A stretch of DNA of 64,000 nucleotides from Octopus sinensis (taxonomy: Eukaryota). The notes beneath the pieces were generated by a model. The model made no database searches. It was not told the origin of the DNA and was given only the letters and a program-made list of their open reading frames with translations. This document shows, in pieces, positions 13,174-25,984 of this stretch; position 1 is the stretch's first letter, and the number at the start of each line of letters is the position of its first letter. The stretch is taken from NCBI RefSeq assembly GCF_006345805.1, contig NC_042999.1:63922001-63986000 (forward strand). Reading direction: 5' to 3'. The position numbers were made by a program, and so were the translations under genes.

Positions 13174-15062
13174 TACAGGACAGGTGAAAAGCAAGTAGGC
13201 ATTACAAATTGGTAATAAAATCCATAATCCTTTTACAAATCTACTGAAACAAATGATACATGTTCTTTACTGTGTAGCGGTCTCTGATATCCTCACTGTT
13301 TGAGAGACACGGCAGGAATGATCTCGTTTGAGATTACAGCCATCTTTGGCCGAGTTGTTCCTGTTGTAACCACTGACCTGAATGGTTGACAAGTGGCGCG
13401 ATTTGCCTCTACTTATTTCGCGCCACTGGCCAAAGCCAACCAATCACGGCCTTTGGTTAAGGTCCCTTTTCCTAGGCTCTGTTGAGCCACCTTACTTGTA
13501 TATAAGGGAGTGTTCTCAGTATACTTGGTCTTTGGTTCTAGTCCTTCTAAGGGCTAACCTCTGGCCACAGAGCTACTCAACATGTTCCAGTCACAGCGAC
13601 AGACGATCAGCCACGATGACGCTAATGCACACCCACAACAGAAAGCCTTCTATCTCCGCCGCCGTCGTCACCATCATTGTACCAACTTCAAGTCGTCTCT
13701 ACCATCGTCGCCCTCACCATCGTCCACTTCAGACATGTACACACCAACTTCACAGATCCACGCTGTTAGAGTGAATCCCTTCACCAAGTAGAAACAGTCC
13801 ATCTGAAGAATTCTATATTAAGAGAACCAGCTCAGCGATTGAGACCACGACCGCGGCTCGACAATAATTCGCCCAACCGGTCTCCGCCCAAGACACATCT
13901 TGATATTGAACTCTTACATTTCGTGTACCTCATGAACTGTAAACCAATTTCCATCATTAACTCTATGCTCTGCACTTTCTATGTCACACGCATTCACCCT
14001 TATTGTATCTGTCATCCACACGAACACACAGACACAAACACGTGTTGCATGCACACATACACAACACTTGCTAGCACTCACAACCTTCTAACCTTAACAC
14101 CTTGTAAATAAAATTTTATCTTCTCTCAAACAGTGGAACGGCTTGTCGTCAATTCATCTATATTCTGTTGGCACTGCATTGTATAAATTGTATTTATGGC
14201 TTATCTTATTTCGTTAGGGATGCGACCGTGTGACTTACCTATGTCGCCAACCTCCACATACGGTCGTATTTCCTACAACTGCATGGGAAAATGAAAGTAA
14301 AATTCATATTTCAACGTAAGCACCAGTGGTTTCAACCAGTTTCCACAAATGACCAGGGATGAGCAACCTGCTGAAGGACATTGTCTTGGATATCATTGAG
14401 AACCTCCTGAATCCGTGTCTCCAAGTCCTCCAGTGTGCAAGGTTTTGTCTTGTACACCTCCTCTTTTGTGTAACCCCACTGGTAAAAATCACATGGAGTG
14501 AGATCTGGACTTCTTGGAGTTCTGAACTTCTGCAGTCACGGTCTTCAGCTTTTAGCTCCTGCGCGTAATGAGGTTTCTACAGACGAAAATTCAATTGTTT
14601 ATGCAACACGGTACATATTGTATATCTTTTTAGTCGCCTTTCACGAGTTGTTGAAACTTGGGCTGCAATTAAACATTTCCTGCACTGTTGCTACATTCTC
14701 TATTAGCAATGTGGCTGGACGACCACTTCTTGCCTCGTTCACAGAACCCATGGTCATCAGCTTTGTATGATGACCATGGGTTTTATTGTCTTCGGACGTA
14801 GTGTTGCATCCTTACCTTTCCATGCATGCCACCGTCTCTGAACCAAAACAATGGAATTCCACACTTCATAGAGTGCTGCTGTCTTAGCTCGCTCCTGAGC
14901 AGTCAAGTGACAAGCCATCTGGAAAATAAGAAATAAGATAATAAGAAAATAAGAAATCCCCATTAGTGTTGTCTGTTTAAAAAATAATTTCGTGATGACT
15001 TCAGTGATACTAAAAATTCTATAAGCAATTTCTAATGCCTAGTTACATGTACACACCTTGTA
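13174..15062 (-). mobile_element. Tc1/mariner-superfamily transposon remnant (internally deleted), interrupted by a solo LTR
   Basis: Imperfect TIRs tacaggacaggtgaaaagcaagtaggcatt / aatgcctagttacatgtacacaccttgta. N-terminal MACHLTAQERAK...SGRP and C-terminal PRSPDLTPCDFY motifs. Confidence 0.7.
13273..14277 (+). mobile_element. Solo LTR, probably Ty3/Gypsy
   Basis: TGTAG...CTACA termini with a 4-bp target-site duplication ACTG (13269-13272 / 14278-14281). CCAAT near 13440, TATATAA near 13499 and AATAAA near 14107 are in U3-R-U5 order. Confidence 0.8.
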
Positions 15063-15158
15063 CACACACACACACACACGTGTAATTGTATATGTGTGTT
15101 TGTTTTCCACCACAGCATAACAGCCTCTGTTCGTAAGTTATTCTTCTTATAATATATT

Positions 15159-16910
15159 TGAGATCATCAAAGCCGGCAAAAACACCATCCTGCTTCGGCA
15201 CCTTCATGAGCTTCTGTGTCAGTGCTGGGAAGAGGGTACAGTCCCTCAGGATATGCGGGATGCCAACATCATTACGCTCTACAAAAACAAAGGTGACCGT
15301 GGTGATTGTAACAATTACCGTGGTATATCCCTTCTAAGCACTGTTGGAAAGACCTTTGCCCGCGTTATCCTGGCCAGGCTACAACTACTTGCTTCTCGAA
15401 TCTATCCGGAATCGCAGTGTGGCTTTAGAAGAAGCAGATCAACTATCGATATGATATTCTCCATACGCCAACTTCAGGAGAAGTCCAGAGAGCAGAAAAT
15501 GCCATTATATATGGCCTTCATTGATCTAACAAAGGCTTTTGACTCGGTAAGCAGAACAGGCCTCTTCCTCCTGCTCCAAAAAATCGGATGTCCACCAAAG
15601 CTGCTGAGGATCATCAAGTCTTTCCATGATGACATGCAAGGCACCATACAGCACAACGGTTCAACATCAGCCGCCTTCCAAATAAAAAACGGGGTAAAGC
15701 AAGGCTGTGTCCTCGCTCCTACATTGTTTGGCATCTTCTTCTCACTCTTGCTGTCACATGCCTTTCAGACATCAGATGATGGAGTGTTTCTGCACAGTAG
15801 AAGTGACGGGAAACTGTTCAATCTCTCACGCCTGCGTGCCAAGACCAAAATCAGAAACGTCCTGATCAAGGAGATGTTATTTGCTGATGATGCCGCTCTG
15901 GTAACACACACAGAAGAAGCCCTCCAAAAGCTCATTAACTGTTTTGAGCAAGCATGTAACGACTTTGGCTTAGCTATCAGCCTTAAGAAGACCAACATCA
16001 TGGGCCAAGCTACATCGGACATCCCAAACATACATATTGGAGACCACAGATTACAAGAGGTGGAGAAGTTTACCTATCTGGGCTCTACCGTCACCTACAA
16101 CCTATCCCTTGACGCTGAGCTCAATATACGCATTGGCAAGGCAGCTGCTGCGATGGCCCAACTCTCCAAACGGGCTTGGGACAACAATAAGCTGACCAAG
16201 ACCACAAAAATGAAGATCTACCAGGCATGTGTACTCAGCACTCTACTGTATGGAAGCGAGACCTGGACGCTATACACACGCCAAGAGCGTCGCCTAAACA
16301 TCTTTCACCTGCGCTGCCTCCGAAAAATCCTCCACATCAAATGGCAGAATCATATCCTCAACAAAGATGTCCTCAGGCAAGCAGGAATACCAAGCATGTT
16401 TGCACTCCTCACACAAAGACGTATGAGATGGCTTGGGCATGTTAGCCGTATGAAAGATGGCAGAATCCCCAAGGACATACTCTACGGAGAGCTTGCTAGG
16501 GGTACTAGGTCTGTGGGTAGACCGATCTTACGTTACAAGGATGTTTGCAAAAGGGATATGAAGGCCTGCAACATCAACATTAGCGGTTGGGAGGCAGTCG
16601 CCGGCAACTGTGGAGAATGGCGACGTACAGTAAAAGAGGGTATACAGAGGAGTGACAGAAAGAGAGAGGAGAAATGGAAAGAAAGGAAGAGACATAAACA
16701 AGAGACCATGGCACTACAACCAGCCAGGAACAGTCTTCGCTACATTTGCAGTACCTGCCAGAGGGAATGTTTGTCCAGGATAGGACTACACAGCCACAGC
16801 AAGAAATGTAACAGGAAATAAAATATAACAGCCGGACTAGACCTAGAAAAAAAAAAAAAAAAATGCGCAACTCCATTGTCTCCCGAGACAGAAAGGATGC
16901 CAAACCAATA
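15159..16910 (+). mobile_element. 5'-truncated RTE-clade LINE
   Basis: The frame begins abruptly at EIIKAGKNTILL...; the 3' UTR ends ccattgtctcccgagacagaaaggatgccaaac (RTE-type end). Confidence 0.9.
15253..16821 (+). CDS. RTE-clade LINE reverse transcriptase, C-terminal portion (522 aa, uninterrupted; endonuclease domain missing)
   Basis: NYRGISLL, QCGFR, AFIDLTKAFDSV, GVKQGCVLAPTLF, LFADD, FTYLGS and YGSETW motifs; terminal C2H2-like CSTCQRECLSRIGLHSH. Confidence 0.93.
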   Translation: MRDANIITLYKNKGDRGDCNNYRGISLLSTVGKTFARVILARLQLLASRIYPESQCGFRRSRSTIDMIFSIRQLQEKSREQKMPLYMAFIDLTKAFDSVSRTGLFLLLQKIGCPPKLLRIIKSFHDDMQGTIQHNGSTSAAFQIKNGVKQGCVLAPTLFGIFFSLLLSHAFQTSDDGVFLHSRSDGKLFNLSRLRAKTKIRNVLIKEMLFADDAALVTHTEEALQKLINCFEQACNDFGLAISLKKTNIMGQATSDIPNIHIGDHRLQEVEKFTYLGSTVTYNLSLDAELNIRIGKAAAAMAQLSKRAWDNNKLTKTTKMKIYQACVLSTLLYGSETWTLYTRQERRLNIFHLRCLRKILHIKWQNHILNKDVLRQAGIPSMFALLTQRRMRWLGHVSRMKDGRIPKDILYGELARGTRSVGRPILRYKDVCKRDMKACNINISGWEAVAGNCGEWRRTVKEGIQRSDRKREEKWKERKRHKQETMALQPARNSLRYICSTCQRECLSRIGLHSHSKKCNRK

Positions 16911-17378
16911 TAGCAGTTTAGCAAAAAAAGGCCGGTAGAATAAGTACCAAGCTTAAACAAATAAGCACTAAGGTCGATTCGTTCGACTAAAACACATAAA
17001 AGATATATATGTCCTAAAGTTGATGAACCAACTATTGTGCTTCTCCATTTTCTTATTTGCAATAAATATATATCTTTATCTTTATTAAACTTTTAATACT
17101 TTTTGATAGTATAAAAATATAAATATAAAAATAAAAAATAAAAAATATATAAAAAAATAATTAAATAAAATAATAAAATATATATATTTATAATTTATAA
17201 GTTTAAATTATTAATTTAAATAATTTTTTAAAATTTTAACTTTAATTTAAATATTTTAATTGGATTTTTATATTTTATATTTTTTATATATTTTTTAATT
17301 AATTTTATTTCTATGTATTGACTTATGATTTTCACTGTTTGATTTGCCTAATAGTGATTTTATCTCTAATTTAATATA

Positions 17379-17469
<91 letters not shown>

Positions 17470-17523
17470 ATAGTGCTTATTTAAGCCTGGTACTTATTCT
17501 ACCGGTCATTTTTGCTAAACTGC

Positions 17524-17558
<35 letters not shown>

Positions 17559-17827
17559 TATATATAATATATATATATATATAATATTTTAATCAACAGA
17601 AAGTTGCAAAAGTGATTCAAGGACTGAGAGTTTTGTGCATAGCACTTATGAAACAAAACACTTTATAAGTGCATAACACTTATCAAGCTTTATGGCTTTC
17701 TGCCGATTAAAAACATATGTATGTATGTATCAGGTGGTGCTATTAAGTTAGACATGGCCTGGACCAATCTTTGGTCGAAACATATCTAAGTTATTTAAGT
17801 TACGTATGTATGTATGTATGTGAGTGT

Positions 17828-17859
<32 letters not shown>

Positions 17860-18671
17860 GATGATGGAATCTCCTGTCCTAGACAACGTATGAGTGTTCA
17901 GTTCTTGCTGAATGCCCTGCACAGATGATTTGTTTATAGTGATCAAATGTATGTGCTGTACATTAGTTCACTCCCTCCCGCCATCAAATCGACATTTCCT
18001 GTATAAGTGCATAAATGGGCCCCCATGTCAGATGCCGAAACGATCGCAGAGTAACATGAAATGGAGCGTTTTTCTCAAGAACATAACGCGGCGCTCAGAC
18101 CGAGAATTGAACTCACGATCTCGTTATCCTATGCAACATCCTAAACACTAGACCACGCGCTTTTACTCCACTCACACATATATACAGGATGAGTGGATCT
18201 TTTCTGTTTGGCTTTCACATTTTCAAATTTGGTATATTGAAGTTATTTTTCAGGCTGAATCTGATGTCGTTACTCACTTGGGTAAATGAAAATTTACTCT
18301 CACTTGTTCCAGGAAAATATGAAAAAATTGTTACAGACGTTTAAAGTTTAATTATTTTTACCTAATCAGCAAACAGGATTTGGAAGCTGGCAGTTAGTGT
18401 GTAATTACATTTATTAAACAAAATGAAAGCAATATATTACAACGAAAGTCGTAAGCTGCTTCGAAGTTTTAGTAAGTTTAAATGAATAAAGTCATGTGAA
18501 ATGCTGGGACAGGCAATATAGAAAAGAAAAATCCTCGCCGAAAAAATACAAAGAAACAGATTACATTAAGTTTTAAAAAAAAAGGCTAAACAAATTGTAC
18601 GCTATACTACTGTAGATCAGTGCATGTAAATAATAGTGGACATTCAAAAACGAAAGTTTGAAATACACTCG

Positions 18672-18850
18672 GATTAGAGATTGGGTTTCGGATTGGAGTA
18701 TAAGGGTTTAGGGTTAGTCAGGGTTTAAGGTTAGAGTTAGAGCTTAGGGCTGGGCTTTGGGATTAGAATTAAAGTTTAGGGTTTGAGTTAGGCTTTAGGG
18801 TTGAGATTTAGGGTTAGCCTTAAGGTTTAGGGTTGGCGATTAGGGTTAGT
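18672..18850 (+). repeat. Degenerate interstitial (TTAGGG)-like tract
   Basis: Many ttaggg/ttagag/tttggg variants in tandem. Confidence 0.7.
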
Positions 18851-20051
18851 CCAACCAGTGGATGACTTGAAGTTAATCAATTAGTAACATATTTTCAGTG
18901 AACGTTTTTCTATTTTTTTCTCTGGAACAAGTAAATGACAAAATATCTGATGTGAAAAATTGCATCAATATATCAAATTTGAAAACAACGAAAACAAAAA
19001 AAAAAGACAAAAAGTACAAAACAAAACAAACTGACACATTTTTTTTTTACAGCGAACATTCAAAAATGAAAGTTCAGAATATAGTTACATAAGAATTGTA
19101 GTTTTAAGAGATAACAGTTTGGTTCGTTACTATGGGAACAGACCTAAATGTGTCTGTGGCTTACAATGGGCTAAAATTGCTAAACATTTGCAAACTTCAA
19201 AACTAATTAACTTTTTATCCATTAATTTATGGCAAAAATGAATTTCCTTCCCATAATTAATTTCCAATTTTGAAGTCAAATTGAAGTCAATTGGAACAAA
19301 ATTAAAGGAATTGAAAATGAAAGCCAAGCAAAAGATCTAGGGTCAAAAGTCACGCGCAAAATAAGTTCAGTGCATTCCGGAATTGTCAGACACGCTTCAA
19401 TTTTTCAAAAATTGAATAAAATTAATTAAATGATACTGACTACACACGCAATTGTACCTGATGAGCAAAATGAATAATAATAATTATAACGTAAAATAAT
19501 TAAAATGTCAAATGTTTTAGTGTGTGACTTTTGGCCCGCCCTGTACACACACACACACACATCACATAAACGCACATGCAGGCAGACAGATACATATATA
19601 CACAGAAATAGCGTATGAAAGGATGAAATAAAGTAAAAAAAAAAGAAAAATAAGAAAATAAGAAATGAACGAAGTTAAAAAGAAAGCAAGAAAGAGATAA
19701 CAGAAAAGGATTATATGAACAAATGAGGACATGTGACATTTCTCACATGATATTAATTAAAACAAGATGTGAAAACCATTAAATTTATTTTTGACTAAGG
19801 GAGATAATTGTTAACCACGTTCAGAATTAATGCTCTTTAAATGAATTATTCACATCAAATTTACTGGTAATTTTTTCCTTCTCTTATGTTTTAATTTGAT
19901 TTTGATTTGTTAAGGTTGTAAAAGGAAAAGCAGTGCAAGTCGCAAGAAGGTGAGATTACTGCAGATAATGGTCATTTTGAACATCCGTAGGTCAATGACT
20001 GCAATGAGTGAGTAGTGAGTTGTTGAGAGTGACAGTCCTTGAGAGAAAAAA

Positions 20052-21310
20052 TATTGGGTTCTCCGGAAAGTTCGTGCCGATTTTTAAAGGAAAGAAAAAC
20101 GTCAATAAATGTTATTACATTTTAAATCAACCAAATATGAACCATTTTGTTGCACAATGCGTCTCCATCTTTCCTTTAACCTGAAAATACCCTCTTCCCA
20201 GATTTGAGGTGGTTTCATAGCAAAGAATTAATCAAGGTATCTTTTTACGTCACCCAAGGAATTGAAATTTTTACCATTAAGACTATTCTGCAGAGACCTG
20301 AATTAGTGGAAATCCGAAGGAGCAATATCTGGTGAATATGGAGTGTGGGGTAACATATCCTAGCCGAGCTGCAGCAATTCTTGTCTGGTTCCCAAAGAAA
20401 ACAACACCCTTCCTGTTGGCCAATTCTGGACGTTTCTCTTGAATTGTTGCTTTTAACTCGTCCTGTTGTGTGCAGTATTTCTCAGAATTAATCGTCTGGT
20501 TACTTGGGAGAATCTCACACTACAGAATTCCTTTCCAGTCCCACCAGACACAAAGCAAGACTTTTTTTTAGTGTGAAGACCCGCTTTTGAGGTGGCTAAG
20601 GGTGGCTCATGTCGCTTACTCCAGGATCGCTTTCTCTGAACATTTCGGTAGATAATCCATTTCTCATCACCTGTCACAATTTGTTAAAAAAAAAAGGCGC
20701 GTTTTCATTCCGTTTATAAAGCGTATCACAGATGGAAATGCGATCCAAAAGGTTCTTCTCACTCAACTCATGTGGTACCCAAACATTGTAGCGATTTGTG
20801 TAGCCAAGCTTTACCAGCTGCTCATGAACGACGGATTTTGATAGATTGAGACTTTCTGCCAATTCTTGGGTTGTGCAATGTGGATTATTCTCAATTAATG
20901 ACTTGATTTGGTCATCATCTGTAGTGGATGGTCTGCCTGATCGCTCTTTATCAATAAGGCTACAATCTCCAGCTCGGAACCTTGCGAACCACTTCCATAC
21001 AGTCCTTTCGGATAAAGAAACATCACCGTAAACTGTGCATATTACTTTGGTTGCTTGTGAGGCATTTTTCCCTTTACGGAAAAAGAAAAGCATCAAGTGT
21101 CGAAAATTAACTTTTTTATCTTTCATTTTAAAGGGTTACAGAATTAACACAGGTTATAGGAACATAAACCTTCTTCCATGAAAAGATAGCTTAAACTGTG
21201 CTCTAAATGGAGGTGTAGTCAAATCCTATTTTACGGACTCAAACATGTTCTAAAATAAGTCGAAAGGTAAGCTACCATAAATCGGCACGAACTTTCTGGA
21301 CTACCCAATA
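20052..21310 (-). mobile_element. Near full-length mariner transposon, transposase frameshifted
   Basis: ~30-bp TIRs (ta)ttgggt..tcc.gaaagttcgtgccgattt at both ends with TA flanks. HTH ORF 20674-21126, WVPHEL, TGDEKW and PHTPYSPDIAPSDF motifs. Confidence 0.93.
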
Positions 21311-21814
21311 GCATGGAGTTAAATGCTTGATTTTAGAGGTGAAATGCAATGGGAGCAATAAGAGAGAGAGAGAGAGGGGGGAGAGAGAGGGGGGGAGAGA
21401 GAAAACTAAACGACAACAACAACAACAGCAGCAGCAGCAACAACAACAGCAATAACAGCAGCAGCAGCAACAACAACAATAACAACAACAACAACAGCAA
21501 CATGATGATGATGTGCACTTGCCCAAGGCTTCTCTAAAAAGTTGAAATCTTTTGGAAATGAAAGTTTTTCAGAATCATAATTTTGTTGTTTGAAACACAA
21601 GAATGCTAAAAAAAAAAAAAAAAACACGAAGTATAAGTAAGAAACCCTTTTGCTTACTATGATGTATGGCAATGCTTGTCAAACTGTCTGATGTGGCGTA
21701 ACGGTAGTTTTTTTCCCCCAATGTGCCAGGGACCGGTAATATTTCTTAGTAATATTAATTTATACCGGAAACAATATATATATATATATGCATATATATA
21801 TGTATAATGAATAT

Positions 21815-21966
21815 TACTCCTTTACTCTTTTACTGCGGCCATGCTGGAGCACCGCCTTTAGTCGAGCAAATGGATCCCAGGACTTACTCTTTGTAAGCCT
21901 AGTACTTATTCTATCGGTGTCTTTTGTTCGCTAAGTTCGGTTGGGGGGACAAACACACGAACACAC

Positions 21967-22007
<41 letters not shown>

Positions 22008-22184
22008 TATACATATATACGACGGGCTTCTTTCAGTTTCCGTCTACCAAATCCACTCACAAGGCTTTGGTCAGCCCGAGGCTATAGTAGAAGACACTTG
22101 CCCAAGGTGCCACGCAGTGGGATTGAACCCTGAACCATGTAGTTGGTAAGCAAGCTCCTTACCACACAGCCACTCCTGCGCCTA
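21815..22184 (-). mobile_element. SINE family A
   Basis: Family A head, body and tail. Confidence 0.85.
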
Positions 22185-22697
22185 TAATAAAAGTTGATAT
22201 TTTTTAAACAAATAATACTATATTAGATAAGCATTTTATAATGTTTCTTTCTTTTCTGGAAACTTGCCGCATACCGGCAGCTGATGGCTCGTGAACCACC
22301 ACTTTGAGTAGCACCGATGTATGGGACAAAACTCTGTCGTTTCCTGTTCATTCACACTTCTGCAGCGGTGAACCATAAATGGTGGAGGAACCACAAATCA
22401 TTAGTCTGGTAATTTGACAGCTTATTAACTGGCCTATCAACTGTCTTAGACAAAGGCAGTCAGTAATATTGTATGGAAAATGACTGACAGCGTTCATTGA
22501 ATGAGAGAAGTTAGCCAATAAAGAAGGAAATATAAAAAAAAGTGAAAATGAGAAGGATAGCAAAGGAAGTAAGACGGAGAAAGAAAGAAAGAGATGGGGG
22601 GGGGGAGACGGGGCAAAAGAAAATTAGAAGTAAATAGTAGAAAAGGAAGTGATAAAACGAGAGAACAAGAGGTTAGAAAAAGTAAAGGAGTTGAGAT

Positions 22698-23175
22698 TGT
22701 TATATTTTAGGAAGGTCATTTTTTTCTTTGCCAAATAAACACACGCACTATATATCGGTTCTTCACTTCAGATTTATTTTATTATTGTTCCTATTTTATG
22801 TCTTATGTCTGGAAAGCTTCCATCACACGTTCTGTGACCTCTTTAATGACTCTCCCTCCTATGTGTCTCCTCCTGTTCTGTTTAGTTCATTCTGTCTTTC
22901 TGTGATGTGGTGGGGTTACATTGCCTAAATCTATAAAGACAGATAAGGATACACGCTACAGAAATACGGAATGGATTAAACAGGACAGAAGGAGACGTAA
23001 GGGATGGAGGTTCGCTGAAGAGGTCATAGGAGGTGTGACGAAAGATTTCCAGACACAGGACATAAAATAAGAACAATAATGAAATATATCTGAACTGAAG
23101 AACGAATATATAGTGCGTGTGTTTATTTGGCAATGAAAAAAAAAAGAAATGTCCATCCCGAAAAATAATAATATC
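22698..23175. mobile_element. Head-to-head diverged inverted pair of a PLE-like terminal repeat carrying an HHR-like core
   Basis: The arms are visibly complementary. Right arm ctgaaga-g-gtcat...gtgac-gaaag (23015-23044); related to 44680-45170 and 47767-48095. Confidence 0.6.
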
Positions 23176-24438
23176 CATTTCAACGTACGATTTCATATAA
23201 GAAATCTTGCAAAACAAATATATAAACGTAAATTATTGTAAAAAAGAAACCTGTATTGTAAGGTAGACAACTCTCACAGTTAAGGGCAATAACTACTACT
23301 ATTTACTTATATTTCGTTTTTGGATTTAGTTTGCAAGATCCTTCATGTGAGTTCGTGTGTTGAAGCATATTCTGTTGTGTCTGGGGAGAGTCATTTTCTT
23401 TTTGTGCCTTATAATTTAATACATTCACCGGCAAAATTTCCACTTATTTCTTACTTTTATTTTCCTAAAATTTTTGTTGCGTCTTGCGACCTTTTCAGTA
23501 GTCTTGATTCTGTCCGTTATTTACACTGCGTTCCTTTTTGTTTGTTTGTGCGAATGTGTGTGGGTCAGTGTGTGTGTGTGGTGTGTGTGTGTGTGTGTAT
23601 GCCTATGTATGCATGCATGTATGTATGTATGTATGTATGTGTGTGTTGTGTGTGTGTGTATGTATGATGTATGTATGTATGCATGTGTGTGTGTATACAT
23701 GTGTGTGTATGCATATGTATATATATATGTGTGTTCAATTATAAGGCACAAAAAGAAAATGACTCTTCCCAGACACAACAGAATACTACTATTTATTTCT
23801 CTAGTTTTTATTATGTAAACCTCAGTGTGTTCAAGAACGAAAAAGTCCTGGTTTATTGTTAAGTATCAAAGTAAATCGATAAAAAAAAAAGGATAACTAT
23901 AAAATAAATTGATTATATAATTTAACTGAACCCTGACATCAGTAAAGCGTTTGATCTATTCTAATCTTACAACCTCTCACTAGATTACTACTCATGTATA
24001 GACTCCATCCATCATCTATTTATTCAAGATTTTTAAATGACCGTGTGACTACAAGATCACTCTGATGAACAGTCTGTCAGTTCTGGTGTGCTTTACAGAA
24101 TAACTTCATGTTTCGTTAGCAACGATGTTGCTTATTTTCACATACTTTCGCACACAAGTTTCCTTCACACGTAATGTTGATTTGTATCAAGTACAATGAC
24201 ACACACATTCCATCTATTCAATTAAGTATCTGAGTGGCGTTGATCCTTCTTTATAACTTTCCGAGCTAATTATACCCGAAGTCACGGCTCCCAACAGTAG
24301 TACCAATGCTGCTGTGGTAGTTTACACGGTCATCAAGATTTAATGCTCCAATAGTACAAGTAAAACAAGTAAAAGAGTAACTGAAACAAGTAAAAGAGTA
24401 AAGGAGTATGCATTTTTTTTTATATATAAAAATTGTAA

Positions 24439-24850
24439 AGCGAAGGAGTGGCTGCGTGGTAAGTAGCTTGTTTACCAACCACATGGCTTCGGGTTCAGTC
24501 CCACTGCGTGACACCTTGGGCAAGTGTCTTCTACTATAGCCTCGGGCCGAACAAAGCCTTGTGAGTGGATTTGGTAGACGGAAAATGAAAGAAGCCCGTC
24601 GTATATATGTATATATATATGTGTGTGCCTGTATGTTTGTATGTCTGTGTTTGACCCCCTAGCGTTGCTTGACAACCGATGCTGGTGTGTTTATGTCCCC
24701 GTCACTTAGCGGTTCAACAAAAGAGACCGATAGAATAAGTACTGGGCTTACAAAGAATAAGTCCCGGGGTCGAGTTGCTCGATTAAAGGCGGTGCTCCAG
24801 CATGGCCGCAGTCAAGTGACTGAAACAAGTAAAAGAGAGTAAAAGAGAGT
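24439..24850 (+). mobile_element. SINE family A
   Basis: Full-length match. Confidence 0.85.
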
Positions 24851-25282
24851 TATTCTCCATCACACCCTGTTCTTCCTCCTCTGTCGCTATGATGCTTGTT
24901 GCTCACTGTATTTGTGTATGTGTTGTGGTCCTTTACACATTGTCTGCTATCCAGTCTAGTTTGTACACTCTTCAAAGACGTCTTATGTCAGTTGTCTCTG
25001 TATCTCTGTCTTTCTCTCATCACCTGTCATGTATTTGATGTAAAGCTTAGAGTAACCAACCAACCACCAACCAACCAACCAACCAACCAACCAACCAACC
25101 AACTAACCAACCAACCAACCAACCAACCAACCAACCAATCTCTGTATCGGTTATTATTCAATAGAAATATACCGAGTTACATAAAACAATACTATATTGC
25201 AAGTGGTAGTTATAGTAGCGCGCGCGCGCGCGCGTGTGTGTGCGTGTGTGTGATCGAGAGAGAGTGTGTGTGTGAGAGAGAG

Positions 25283-25336
<54 letters not shown>

Positions 25337-25489
25337 TGTGTGTGTGTGCGTGAACGAGTGAAAGAGAGAATGTGTGTGTATGCGTGTATGCGCGTGCGTG
25401 TGCGAGAGAGAGATATAAGGAGAAATAGGTAGACAGATAAAGAGAGAAATTTAGTATGTACACACACACACACACACACACACACATAG

Positions 25490-25975
25490 TGATTGTCTAC
25501 TCTTTATGCAGAGCCTGACCACCTCTTGTACTTACACCTTAGGTCCATCATGGCGTCCGATGTGGCTTTTTAAACCAGACAAATTATTGCAAAGACACCC
25601 ACATAGATTGCATATCTGATCTGGACCACCAAGAGCTGCAGTTAAGTTCTGATCTTTGTGGATCTTAAAATGTCTTTTGAGGCCTCCGTTAGATTTGCAA
25701 ACCTTCTGGCATACATTGCATTGAATGGTGTGTATAGATATATAGGCAGAATAGTCGGTGGAGGTTCGTTTTTCATGGGCTCGCAAATGAGATCTGAGCG
25801 CAGCAAAAGAAAGGCATGGTCTGTCACAAACTGTGCACACAAAAAAGTCACTGAGAATCACCTTCATGATCGCAACACTCTTCTCTAAATCTCTCTTGAG
25901 TCTTGCATACGTCATCCTGGCCTCCTCAAAAGCTTTCACTCTACCCCACACTTTGTTCACTATCCAGCTCGATCT
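25490..25975 (-). mobile_element. 3' end of an RTE-like LINE encoding three C2H2 fingers, followed by a (TG)n tail
   Basis: RSSW..KVWGRVKAFEEAR linker, then CTVC..H..H, CNVC..H..H and CNLC..H..H; short UTR running into (TG)n. Confidence 0.7.
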
Positions 25976-25984
25976 TAATGTGAC

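Noticed and set aside
25532-25960. 142-aa ORF as a host C2H2 zinc-finger gene
   Set aside because: It has an RTE-type linker upstream, no TGEKP linkers and a microsatellite tail, so it is better explained as a LINE 3' end.
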